Assembly (NCBI GenBank): GCA_905178155.1
Contig: CAJINV010000010.1
Location: 248,001 to 312,000 of the forward strand
Source of the DNA: Amoebophrya sp. A120
Lineage: Eukaryota > Protista > Dinoflagellata
Direction: 5' to 3'
DNA length: 64,000 bases
The notes below the pieces were generated by a model. The model was given only the letters and a program-made list of their open reading frames with translations. It ran no database searches and was not told the origin of the DNA. Position 1 is the stretch's first letter; each line of letters opens with the position of its first letter. The position numbers were made by a program, and so were the translations under genes. This document shows positions 46,701-58,700 of this stretch, piece by piece.

Positions 46701-49700
46701 GTTTGCGCCGGTTGGTGAGAAAATTTCTTTGGCCGGCCGGCGGCCGAGCGAAGCGACCCGAGTTGCAAGGCGCGCGCCCAGTGTGGCGCAGCGTCGGGGC
46801 CGTTCCTTGGCTAGATAGGGCAGCGCCGCCCCCCGCCGCGTGCGCGCATCTAGTAGCATGGGGGGCGTTGTGGGATCGCGTTTTCCTTCCTTGCTTGCCG
46901 TCCGTATAAGGGGAAAGGGGCGCCGGGTGCTTGATTGGCCGCTGCCAAGCACCATGACAGAAGAGCAGGGGGAAATGGGCGGTCGCTCAATTTTCGGCCC
47001 AGCCGTCGGGCAATACTCCGCGCGCGCGCTCGTAGCGCGGCGCTGTTTTGCGGGGGCTTTGCGTGTTTGATATTTTTTGGCCGACCTGGACAACGCTGCG
47101 CCGGGGGTGGTGGAAAGGGCGAAGGAAGACCACCGCTGCCAGCTGGTGACCCGCACTTCGGCAGCCTGCTGGCAGGCGTGGTTTCAGGTCCCCGGCGGCG
47201 CGACGGCGGAAAAAGATTTCCGCACGGTGATGGTTCCCCTTTTAGGGGGGGACAGGCACGCCAACAAGCCGAACCAAGTCGGGAGGCTCCCCGGCAGCCG
47301 CAACCCCAAGCCGGGACGGGGCAAGTGGCTGTGCCGGGTCGAGTGGATCCGCGGCGAGAAACCGGCGGAGGCCCCTGCTGCGGCCTCAGGCGGACAGGCC
47401 CGGGCGACTTCTTTTTCTAATTCGTTTCTGAAAGTTGGCTAATTTGAGAACCAAAAGAAGGCGCAAGCGCAGAAAAAAACACCCCGGCCGAACACCCTAG
47501 CCCGAGGGTGATGCCTCCCCGAAGAACCAAACCCCCCGAACATTATTGCTCCGCGGGCGGGCATAACGGAATCAACAAGGCGCAAAATCAGGCAAAAAAA
47601 GCAACACGGAACGGAGAAACACCACGCCCAACCTGCCGGACCCAAAGCCCGGCCGGAACACAAAGAAAGGCCCACCAAGGGAATTCATGGTGCCAGCGCA
47701 AGCCGATACACGCGGCGCCCAACCAATCAAAGGCCCGGCCACAGGCCATCAAAATTCGAAGAGAGGACGCGGGCGGGCAAGCATCGGCCGGGCCAGAATG
47801 AAAGGACACAAATTAGAATCGGCTTCGAATTCGTGTCCGGCGCGCGCCGGTTTCGTGTCTAATTTGCATCCGGAGACACCACCCGACCCCCCGAAAAGCA
47901 GGTGTCTAATTTGAAATCTAATTTTTTTGGAACCGTGTCTAATATGCTCTTTAATCTGCATCTAATTTGCAGAGAATCCCCAAACCCCCGGCCGAAAAAT
48001 CGTTCCCGATTTCCCTGTACAAAATTTCTGCGATTTTGTGCCGTGAAATCGGTAACGATTTTCGGCCGCTGCAAATTAGCCAGCCAATTAGCGCCTATTA
48101 GCAGCTACATTAGCTGCAAATTAGGCGCAGATTAGCTGCAGATTAGGTGCAGATTAGAAGCGCCTAAAAAAGGTGCGTTTTCCAATTAGAATTTCAAATT
48201 AGAAAATTCCGGGAGGTGTTCCCGGGGTTTTTGGTGGGTATGTCAAACATGGTCGACGCCATGTTTGAAATGCCCGCGCCCAGGACCATCTCCAGACGAA
48301 GAAGGAGGAAACCATAGGACGGGGCGCGAAACTCCCTACCGGGGCAAAGTCCGTCGGCCTGCAACGCCCGGCCCAAAAAACACACAGACGGAAGCCATGC
48401 CGGGAGGGTCACAGGCCGAACGACAAACCAGAACACGCCCCAACCAACCGACCACGGCTTCCAGACCGAAGGGAGACGGGCCGCCGAAGCCAATGCCGCA
48501 AAGCGAAAGACACCCCCGCCACGAAATCGGCAAAGCCACGAGGCCACGGGCCCGCATTCGAATAGCGGCGCGCCGAATGTGCCCCGTGCGCTTCGCAAGG
48601 AGATTCGGCACGCAACCAAGCCGACGCAAGGGGGCTGCGCACGCTCTCAAATTAGCCGGATTTTAGTTGATAATTAGACCCCGAAGGCGCCCGGGGCTGT
48701 CCGCCTGATGCGGCCGCCCCGGGAGAAGCTTAAGGCCGTGAACACAGGCGCCCCCCCCCGTTGTTGTTTCAGCTAATGCGCGGACTTGGTTGCGCTTTCG
48801 CTGGTTTCCCAGGATTTTCCACGAAAGTCCTGGGAAATTCAGGAAATCAGCACGACAGACGCCAGAAACGATATCGGGGAGGGGCTTCGTTTTTTCAGCG
48901 ATTGCGGTACGGCTTCGACCGAAGTTTTGCAAAAGATCGAGGGGAACGGCAATTGTTGCCCTCTTTCGATTGCGGCGGCCACAGGCATCAGCATGCCGAA
49001 GGTGAAGCAGTTGGCGGAGGGTTTCATGGCGGACAAGCGCGAAGAGCTTGGCCCGTTTTGGGTGGGGGAGTACGGAGTGGACGAGCCGGCGGGCCCCGCG
49101 GTTTTAGCAGAGCAGAGCAAGTGGCTGGCCTGGTTGGAAAAACTTCTGCACCCGACGGCAACGGTATGGCTGGGCCACGCATTTTTGGAGGCGGTGGCGA
49201 AAGTCATGGACCCTATGCGAAAAAATGAGCCCGCCCGCACCTAAAAGAGCCAAGCGGCACGCCGCGCGCTGTCGTTTTTGCGCGGGATGCGGCGCCCGTT
49301 TTGCGAAAATTTGCGACCCGTGCCTCTCTTGTCTCTGATGTGTAGCGGGCTGGTTTGCTTTTTCTTTTGCATAGTGTTGTCGATTCAGATCGAACCCGCC
49401 CCCGGTTCTCAAGAGCAGCCGCAGAGAATCGGAAGCGGCGCGAAGGCGATCCGACTCGAGTACGATGGCCGCCACTACAACGCTTTTGTCAGGCGCGGCG
49501 CTGAAGCGAAAGCGACCGGGACTTCCTCTGCCAGCCCCGCGCCCCCCGAAACGAAGGCCGAAACGGTTTCGAAAACGCAAGAGGGCGAACCTGTGGCGGC
49601 TGGCTTGGCCTCTCGCAAACGTGCAGCGGAAGCAGATGCGCCCAGGCCGTCGGTTTCGAGCGATGTTAGCTTGGGCGACTCGAGCGAAAGCGATGGGGAG

Positions 49701-52700
49701 GCTGCTTCGGATGCAAGCGAGTGCGCGCCCCCCCCACGGAAGCGGGGGCGAAAGTCCAATGCCGGCAAAAATTTTTCTTTGCCCGATGGCGCGACTGAAT
49801 TCTTGCTGCGGGCTGCTGACATTGGGGCGGCTTTCAAAACGTTGGGGCTTACCGCGCGGCAGCGGAAGTGGTGGAAAACAAAGAAAAACTTTTTCCGCTT
49901 AGCCCCGGGCACGGGCAAGCTGCAGGTCCGCGTAGAGTTCCAGGGCTACGGACGCAAAACCACCGAGGCGCTGATGGTGTATCCGGATTGGCTTACCGTC
50001 ATCGGCGCCGACGACGACGCGGAAAAACAGCGCATTGCGGCCCTTGGGCATTTGCGGTCGCATGGGGGAATTGAGGCAACTGGGGTGGCCATCCAACAGC
50101 TTGGCTTCACGTGGTGCGGCTTGAAAGAAAGCGCGCGGGTTGCGGTGCAAGCGTGCGAGGCTTGCGCGGCCAACGAAGAACATGCGCCACAGCAGCAGGA
50201 TTCTTACGCAAGCAGCACTTTGGCGGCGCTCAAGGACCCCGCCAATGAGTCCCTTCGGCCTTTTGCCTGGGCGGGCGTCGACTGCATAGTTTGCACCCCC
50301 TGCGAAAACTCGGCGCACCGCGGAAAAAATGTCGGGACGCGCTTCGTCGGTTGTTTGAACATGTGCTGCCTCACGACTGGCGCCGTTTGTTCCAAACTGC
50401 TGACGAGCTTCGAGGCGGAAGAGGTCAAGCAAGCGTATCTGGACATGGTCGAGGAACACGGCGCGCCGGATCATTTGAACATTGACAAGGGCACAGAGCT
50501 GCAGCAGATAAAGAACTGGAGCCAATGCACCTGCTTGACGCGCGACCATAAGTGCGCGACCTTCACCAACGACCCCCCGGTGGGCGCAGCCTTTCGCACG
50601 GATATCCGCGAAAGCCCTCGCGCGCATCCGCAGTCCAATGGTGCCGCGGAAAGTTCTACGAAACTGAAAAAGCCACTCGCCCCATATTTATAAAGGCCAT
50701 TCGTGTTGCTGGGTATGTGTTCGCGCGTGTTCTGCAACGGACTACAACCCGTGGCCACGCATCAGCAACGCATGCAAATTCCTTTTGCAATATGGGGCGG
50801 GGGGATTTTTCGGTGATAACCTACAATGGCCAGCTGAAGCAGCAATTGCGTAAAAGGGGCGGCGAAAAGGATTGGCCTCGCCATTTGCCTGCGTCTGTGG
50901 CGGCACTGAACCGACGGGCGACGCGGGGCCGTCGGATTCCCGCTGCGAGGCATCTGAGCACGTTTCTACGCCCCTTGCGGGACATCACCGAAGCCACTCT
51001 GCATCCCGTGCAACGTGCGCCCCCGCATATCGTTGCAGACAAGGGCGCCGCGGCAGAAAGCGCAAGCGCAGCCCCAGCCACCGCACTGGCTGGACCCCCG
51101 CCGCAGAATTCCGAGGAAAGGAAACACGGCGCCGGGGCCGCGGATGGCGAAAGTGATGGCGCTGCTGATTTTGCGGCCGCAACGTTGCGCGGCTCGCTGG
51201 CCAGACAGGCGCTACGCAATCGCAGCCGCTTCTTTGAAAATCGTGAGGATGGGGGCAGGCTGAAGGACATCAAAAAACTGAAAATTGGGGAACGTGTTTT
51301 GTGCAGAAACAGACAGAAAAGCCCCGGCTTGGCAACAAAATTCTTGGGGCCTTTCGTCGTTACGCAGGTGAAAGCGCTCGGGGTGGATGCTCACAGCGAC
51401 GGAGTCCTCGCCGGCAAGAAACGCGAAACGACGCTGCGCGATGTTCCTTGGAAGGACCTCAAGCGGTGCCCCACGGGCCTCACTCAAGTCGCAGCGCCGC
51501 CTGCGCCTCCACCCGAAACGGCGCCGCCTGCCGCGCCGAATCACGCCCCGCCACGAGCCCAACAAGAAACGGCGTCGGCTGCTGGGCCACCGCCTCCAGC
51601 TGCGGGCGACGATCTTTCCGCGATCGCCGCCGTCGACCCCGCAATGGATCGCGTTTTTGGCTCGGGCTCGCTTCCGCTATTAAGCTCTGCAACACTCGTG
51701 CTGGCGCGCATGTGGTTGCGCCTTTTTCTCGGTGTCGTTTTTTCTCTTTATGCGCCCAGAAGCATGCTGACCTCTAGTTTTTCTTTGTTGTTTGGCTGCT
51801 TGCGTAATTACATTGCGCCAGTGCGTTTTTGCAGTGCATAAAGGCAAACGAAAGCCTACGTCGACGTCGCCGAGCTGGAAACTGCCGGCCCGAAACAAGT
51901 TCCCACGAACATCCGGGGTTCGGTCACCCGTGTCGAGGGGGCGACGCGCGGAATTCGGATCCGCATTGAGGGCGTTACTGGTGTCAGCATCGTTTGGCGA
52001 ATTTATGAGGCTGCACAAATGGCGCGGCGGCGTGCTCAGCGGTGCCCTTGCGTCGTTTTCATTCCTTTGGCGCTCACGAGAAATTTTCAAGGCGGCCAGT
52101 TTCTGCGCATGCCGGCAACGTGGCGCACGACTGCGATCGAGGCGCGCGCCCCGCCGGAGCTTCAGGAACTGCACCGCATGGCCTCCACGTCCTCCGCCTC
52201 GGAGGGGCGCCGGTCTCTGTCTGCGTTCAAGAATCCCGAGCCCTGAAGAGGGGGAACGAGAAAAGGGGCGCGGCGTCGCTTTTCCGTCCTTGCTTAGCTT
52301 CTTGGGCTGTTATTGCTTGTGCTAGTAGATGCGTCGCGTTCTTCTTACTCGTTTTGTTTTGTTTCGAATGTGTGACTTCTCGCGGAAAACCACATGTGTT
52401 ATGCTACTTTTATCAGTCGCTCTTCTCGTCTTTTCTCGTATCTCTTCTTGTGTCGGGTTTGCACTGTTATCAGCTATAATTATTCCCACTAGGAGCGCAG
52501 CGCACCGCGCGAGTTGATTTGAAGCTGTCGCTTCGACCAACGCGCTCTGTTGCTGCACTCCACTTGTACACTATGCGCTTCTTCTTGAATTTTGCGTGCT
52601 ATTTTTGCACTATTCTGCTGTCTTCTGTTTCTGCAAACTGTTTCCATTTCCGTACGAAGTACAGCGCGCCCCGCATGTTGATTGACGGCTAGCGCTTTCA

Positions 52701-55700
52701 CCAACTTGCCCCGACGCTGCACTTCGCCTGCGAGTTTTCCTTTGCTCGTTTTGTTCTCATACAAAACCTGCACTGCTAATTTGATACGTCCCTGCGTTTT
52801 GTGTTTGTGCAAGTTAAGTTTTGTAGGCTTTATTTGTCAATGTGGAACTCGTTCTGTGTATTTTTGTTTTCCCTATGTTAGCTTTGGCTTTCTCGTTTTC
52901 ATTCCCTGCATCTTCACAATCTAAAGAGCGACTTTTTTTTGATCGCGTTCGTCAGTGCGCCAATTTTGTTACAGCAGCTGCAGCTAAGTTAATAGAAGTG
53001 GATCGCGCTCGCTTTCCTGTCGCTACTTTGCTGAATTTTTTTTCCGCTTCCTCGCATTATTCTACTTCGCAGCGCAGCTATATCACAGAAGCGGCAAGCT
53101 GAGCTGCTTTGTCTTTTGAAACTGAATTGCATCGATCTCTACAAAAACACTTGATGCGTTTTGCAATTCATTTTTGGGAAAATATGTTGCAAGGGTTGCT
53201 TTTTTGCTTTTGTCGAATTTGGCTCGCCTGGTGTTCGCTTTCGCTTTTCGGTGCTGCGTAATACGATACGCTGCAAGCTTCGCTGGGTACTCGATACGTA
53301 TTCTGTTACAATTCATCCTATACGACAATTCATCTGGGTGCATGCATGATTGCGATACGAGTACGATACTTTTGCACAGGATATGCGGAAAAAGGGAAGA
53401 AACGGCTGCCAGTGGGAATCGTCTTCAACATCATGATGATCGTGAAGATCCGAGAAGTCCTTACTAGTATCGTCATGGACGGGGGACCGGTGGTGGCAAG
53501 GTGTAGAAGTCGTCGCCGTCGCGCTGTCGTCTCGTCCACTTCCAATTGTATGAAGATCCCCGTGGCCGTGGTCCATATCGAAGATATCAACGTCCTCCTC
53601 GTACTCATTGTATTCGGCCCTACTCCACAATTGCAACACGCGCTCCAGTATCCTCTGCAAAAGTATCGTAGTCGTTCGTAGAAATTGCTGTTTATGCATG
53701 ACAAATCTTTTTCCTAAGGTAAAACAGCATTACAAATTTCATTTGTAATGCTGAGCTAATTTGTAATGCAATTTATACGAATACGATGCTTTTGCAGTGC
53801 ATATCCAACTCTTTCCGACTCGGAATGTCCGCGAATCCGGCGCGGAGCCGGGTCACGCTAGGACTTGGATGGTGGTCGAAATATGTTTCCCAACTGATTT
53901 ATTCACTGCAAAAGGAGTTGCGTTAATCTTAATATGGTCCGGCTTCTATCTTATACAACTCAGGCCGCACTACATCCTGCCTTCGTCAAATACGACATGC
54001 AACTTTTATTTCAAGTCGTTGCAATGAAGCAATTATGCAAGGTGATGAACCCGTCGCGGTTGATAGATGCAAGTCCGAAAAACGATACAGATACTCAATA
54101 CTTTTGCAAATTGAATAAGATCACCACACTGTCCACCGTCAACGGCGTATTCTTGTGCACGTTATCCACTAGCTGAAGCAAATTTTCGTATACAGTCGGG
54201 TTCTCCTCGGGATCGATGTGCAAACCGAGTTGAGAAATGACGGCCGCTGGGGGTCCGAGCATGGAACAACTCAGAAATTCCTGTTTCTGTTTTTTGGTCA
54301 GTCGAAATTCTTCCATCAAGTGCTTTTTGAGGAGCTCGAACAGGATCAACTCCTTCAATTCCGAGACCGTTTTGCCGTTCCAGACGCTAGGGTGGAGAGA
54401 AAGAAGCTCGTCACCTGACAGATTGAAAACTAAAAGGTTGGGCGGATGAAGGCGCGTCGTCCCCGTGGCTGAAGATGATTTTTTACCAATTTTCGAATTT
54501 GTTGGTCTTGGTGCTGCTGAAGCAGGACTGGAGCTATAAATGTGATTGGGCCGCTCCCTGTAGTCCTTCTGATGTGCTGTCGTATATGTGACTAGTTGTT
54601 GATGTACTCCCTCAGGATCTCGGCGAAGAGACCCCTGCTCCACCGTCAGGCCAACATTCTTTCCGTCATGATCCTCCTGCTTTCCATGTAGGTGTCCAGC
54701 AGCATCTTCGTCTTCATCTTCCACATCTTCAGCCGCGAGGACCACTCCTGGTAGTGATCGCTCTGTTCTTTTGGTCCCCGGAGCAGGCGGTGGTGGGCTT
54801 CCAACAACTACTGCGGCAGCAACGTGTACTAGCAGCTGCAGGTTGCTCAGCACGACCTCCTGGTGGAGGACGTCGAAAAGAAAGCACACCTCCAGCAGCG
54901 GCAGCACTAATGGTAAGAGGCTCAGCTGCTTTCTTGACGCCATTTTTATCTTCATCAAGGAGTCATGTGCTTTATTGTTGTTCATGTTCTCCCTGCTGCT
55001 CACGACCGGCGGGGTGGACGACTTGTTCTTGGCATGGTACGGAATAGGTGCAGCACCATCGTGATTTGTGTTTTTTCTCTACTTGAGCAAGAACTGCAGC
55101 AACAACAGACACCACTCAACTACTCAACTTCCACAAAAGGAGACACATAACACACATCAGAGGGGGTTTGTTGGTCTCCGGTCCTCGGTCCTCAGTTCAT
55201 CCCAAGGCAATAGAAGACAACGAGAGAAGAAGGGGGAAAGCTCACACACACCAAGGGGGGTTTGTTGGTCTCCGGTCCTACCTCGGTCCTCAGTCCTTCC
55301 CAAGGTAATAGAAGACAACGAGAGAAGAAAGAAGAAAGCTCACACACATCAAGAAAGGGGGTTTGTTGGTCTCCGGTCCTCGGTCCTCAGTCCATCCCGA
55401 TGTAATAGAAGACAGCGAGAGGAGAAAGGAGAAAGCTCACACACATCAAGAAAGGGCTTTTGTTGGTCTCCGGTCCTCGGTCCTCAGTCCATCCCGATGC
55501 AATAGAAGACAGCGAGAGAAGAAGGGAGAAAGCGCACACATAAGAGGGGGTCTGTTGGTCTCCGGTCCTCGGTCCTCAGTCCATCCCAAGGCAATAGAAA
55601 GCCGACGAGAGAAGAAGGGAGAAAGCTCACACACATCAGAGGGAGTCTGTTGGTCTCCGGTCCTCGGTCCTCTGTCCTTCGCAGGGTAGTAGTTGGCGAG

Positions 55701-58700
55701 ATAAGAAGGTAGAAAGCCCACACACATCACAGGGGGCCTGCTGGTCTCCGGTCCTCGGTCCCCGGTCCATCGCAAGGCAGTAGATGGCGAGGCAAGAAGG
55801 TAGACAGAAGGCCAACACACAGCAAAGGGAGGTTGTTGGTCTCCGGCCCTCGGTCCATCACCGGGCAAGATCCGACGGGGAAAGAAGGTAGAAAGCCCCC
55901 ACACAAAAAAAAGGGGGCCAATTGGTCCACGGCCCCCCCTCAGTCCATCGCGGGGCAGCAGCTGGCGAGATAAGAAAGAGGGCAGAAAGAGCACACAAAT
56001 GCGCGCGGGGTGTTGGTCTCCGGCACTCGGTCTGCAGTTCATCGCGGGGCGGCGCCTGGCGAGACAGATAAGAAGGCAGAAAGCCCCCAAGCAGGGGCCT
56101 GCTGCTTTCCGGTCCTCGGTCCCGAGTGAGTCTGTAGAGCGATCAGACCCGGCGAGCGTGATTGCTAGCATGGTACAAAGGCCAGGCATTTACGACGGAG
56201 CCTGTTCGTCTCCGGCTCTCGGTCCTCCGTCCCTCATGGGGCGGCGCACCACTTAGAGAAAAAGGTCGAAGGCCTACGGACATCGGCGGAGGCGTGCGGG
56301 TCTCTGGTCCTCGGCCCTCCGTGCCTCCCGAGGTTGGTTGGTAATGTCTGAGTTGGCGCAAACAATACGCGTCGCGCTAGGCAGCAGGGGCGGCGGCCGG
56401 CCCGATTGCTTTCGTTCGGCCTGATGAGCGGGGGGAGCGGCGGCCGCTCCCCCCGCACAGGCCCCGCCCCCGGACTTTGTTTGTTCCAGCGGCCGCGGCC
56501 GTGACGCACATGAATGACGTCGCGGAGGGAGCCCGGGCGCAACAGGAGGCGACCGAGCGCCGCCATTTTTCCTCGCCTGGCGGGCGCGCCCGTACATACT
56601 AAAGGAACAGGCGGCGAACTGAAGCGCCGCGGCGCCCCGGCCCCCGTTGCTTTTGATCACACAACCGGCAACCGAGCGACACGACGGACGTGAGCCGGCG
56701 CGCGCTCACATACAGCGCCAGGGCCATACGGCTTTCATTGATTCGCCTGGCTCTGAAGGCGAAGAGGTTCACTGCGCGGGAACAAAGATAGCGACGCACA
56801 GCGCGCGCCCGGCCTCGCTTGCGATCTGCCAGGCTGTGAACCACGCGCGCGCGCTGTTGTTCTTTGCGCCCCCCTGCATTTCAACACGAAACGCGCCACC
56901 TGGCAGATTGGTGGCCGCCCACCGAAATCACTAGCCGCCTGCGCCGCCTTCGTCATCGCCGGAACTTCGAGGCGACGGGCCGGAGCTCCGGGGGCTGCTG
57001 TCCGTCGTTGTCGCTGGGAGAAGGGTCCGAGGCAGTATCTGCGCCGGCCCCTTCGGCTTCCACCCCCGGCCGGTTGGCTTCGGGCTGTCCGATTACGGGC
57101 GAAAGGAAAAAAATCCAGCCGGTTTGTCAGCCTTCAGCATACATTTCTGTACCGCCCAGCAGGTATCCGCCCCAATCAAATGAAAACGACCCGCGTGGCC
57201 TTCGTTTTTTTTTTCCGCGGCTCGCCTTTCAGTTGCTTGTCGGCCGCGACCTGGTCTGAAAGATCAGGAAGAGCACGCGGGTCGGGACTTGGAACATTTC
57301 AAAGTGGCGGGACCATCTTGATCCATTACGGGCATGAAGCTGATCGCACTAATCAGAATCGCGCCGGCCCATGTGCTTTTTTTTTGCTGGGCCGCGCCTT
57401 GCGGAGACGGCCCTACTCAAAGCCTAAAAAATTTACGGTCTTCGCCATTTCCGGCGCAGGCTTTCGCTTCTGGCTGCGCCCCCTTTTCATCTTCGCTGCC
57501 GTCTGTTGTGTTGCGGCCGCCCACCCATGGCATTTCCGGAGATTGGGAGAAAGCCGTCGCGGCGTCGCCCTTGTGTGCGAGACCTTTGCCGCGCTCTAAT
57601 TCGGGGGCGCTTTCACGCTCTTGCGTTTTGGGCTTGCGTTTGTGTCTTGCTTTTTGTTCCTATTTTTTGTTCTTCTTTTTTGCTGTTATTTTTTTGTCTT
57701 ACTTTTTCGCCCTACTTTTTTGGGTTCCTTTTGTGTCCTACTTTGTTTGCAGTTTTCTTTTCTTGCTTTAGAGGCCGCGCGATTAATGGGCCTCCTTTTC
57801 AATAACAAAAAGGAGGGGGGTAGGTGCGGTCGGTCGTCTGGCGGGCCGTATCCACAGATGGCCGGGCCCATCCGGACCCGACCAGTATTCCCTTTTCGGA
57901 CTTCAAAAATCTAAGGCCACACCCTCCCCGCCCCGGCGAAAAAAAAATCTGTTTTGCTTGCTGCGGTTTCTCGGCTGGTTTGTTGCGCGGTTTCTGCGGT
58001 GTAGCTGGAACAGAATGAAACAGAACGAAAGATATTTCTTGGGCGCGCGCGGCGCGCGCGTGGATCGGCATACGGACGCAACAACAGAAAACGCTTCAAG
58101 CGGGCGATGCGCGCGCGCAAACTGAAAAAAAGCTCGCGGCGCGCGCTGGTGCGCGCGCGCAGCGGAGAACATGCAGCGGAACACGTGCCGCCCCAATGGT
58201 CGAAGTGGCCGCCTCAGCTTTTGCAAATGCGGGCGGTGCTGCGGTGGTCGCTTTAACAACCCGAGGGCGGCTGCGCAGTGCTGCGCTACAAGTAGCTGCC
58301 CCCTGGTGGTCCATTTCTGATATGGCCTCTGAGTAGGCCCCTAAGCAATCCTTTAGCAATGCCTTTAATTCTGCCTTCTGATTCCGCCTCTGGAATTCTT
58401 CTAATTCTTTTGCCCACGCGGCAGCTTCGAGGCTTCCAAAAATCCGCTAAAGCTGCCGGGTAGGCGAAATCACGCACGAAGTCGCAGCTTCGCGACTTTA
58501 GAAGATGAAAGAGAAGCACTTCGGACGGCAAAACCGGAAACGGAACCGGAAGGATCTTCCGGTGAGCCGGAAGATTCCTCCGCTTGCTTCGGCTTCACGG
58601 GACCACGTAAGATCCGGCAGCTGTAGATATCTGCCTGCGGCCTGCGGGAGATGATGCGCATGCTCGAGAGCAACGAGCATCATCTTCCGCGAAACAACAA

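Larger units (their letters stand above)
44449..53342 (+). mobile_element. 8.9-kb integrase (Ginger-like) DNA element encoding a RepB'-like primase and an OTU-integrase
   Basis: Ends TGCA-N6-TGAATTG..TCGT (imperfect TIR); 4-bp TSD TGCA at 44445-44448 and 53343-53346. Confidence 0.82.
44357..53383. mobile_element. Family C introner inflated to 9 kb by a nested transposon
   Basis: The two halves match the reverse complement of 42849-42999; DR TGCGG at 44352-44356 and 53384-53388. Confidence 0.9.

Noticed and set aside
48786-52246. LTR retrotransposon pol or Polinton
   Set aside because: No RT/RNase H, LTRs, pPolB, capsid or ATPase recognised; genes contain introns; 4-bp TSD rather than 6-bp
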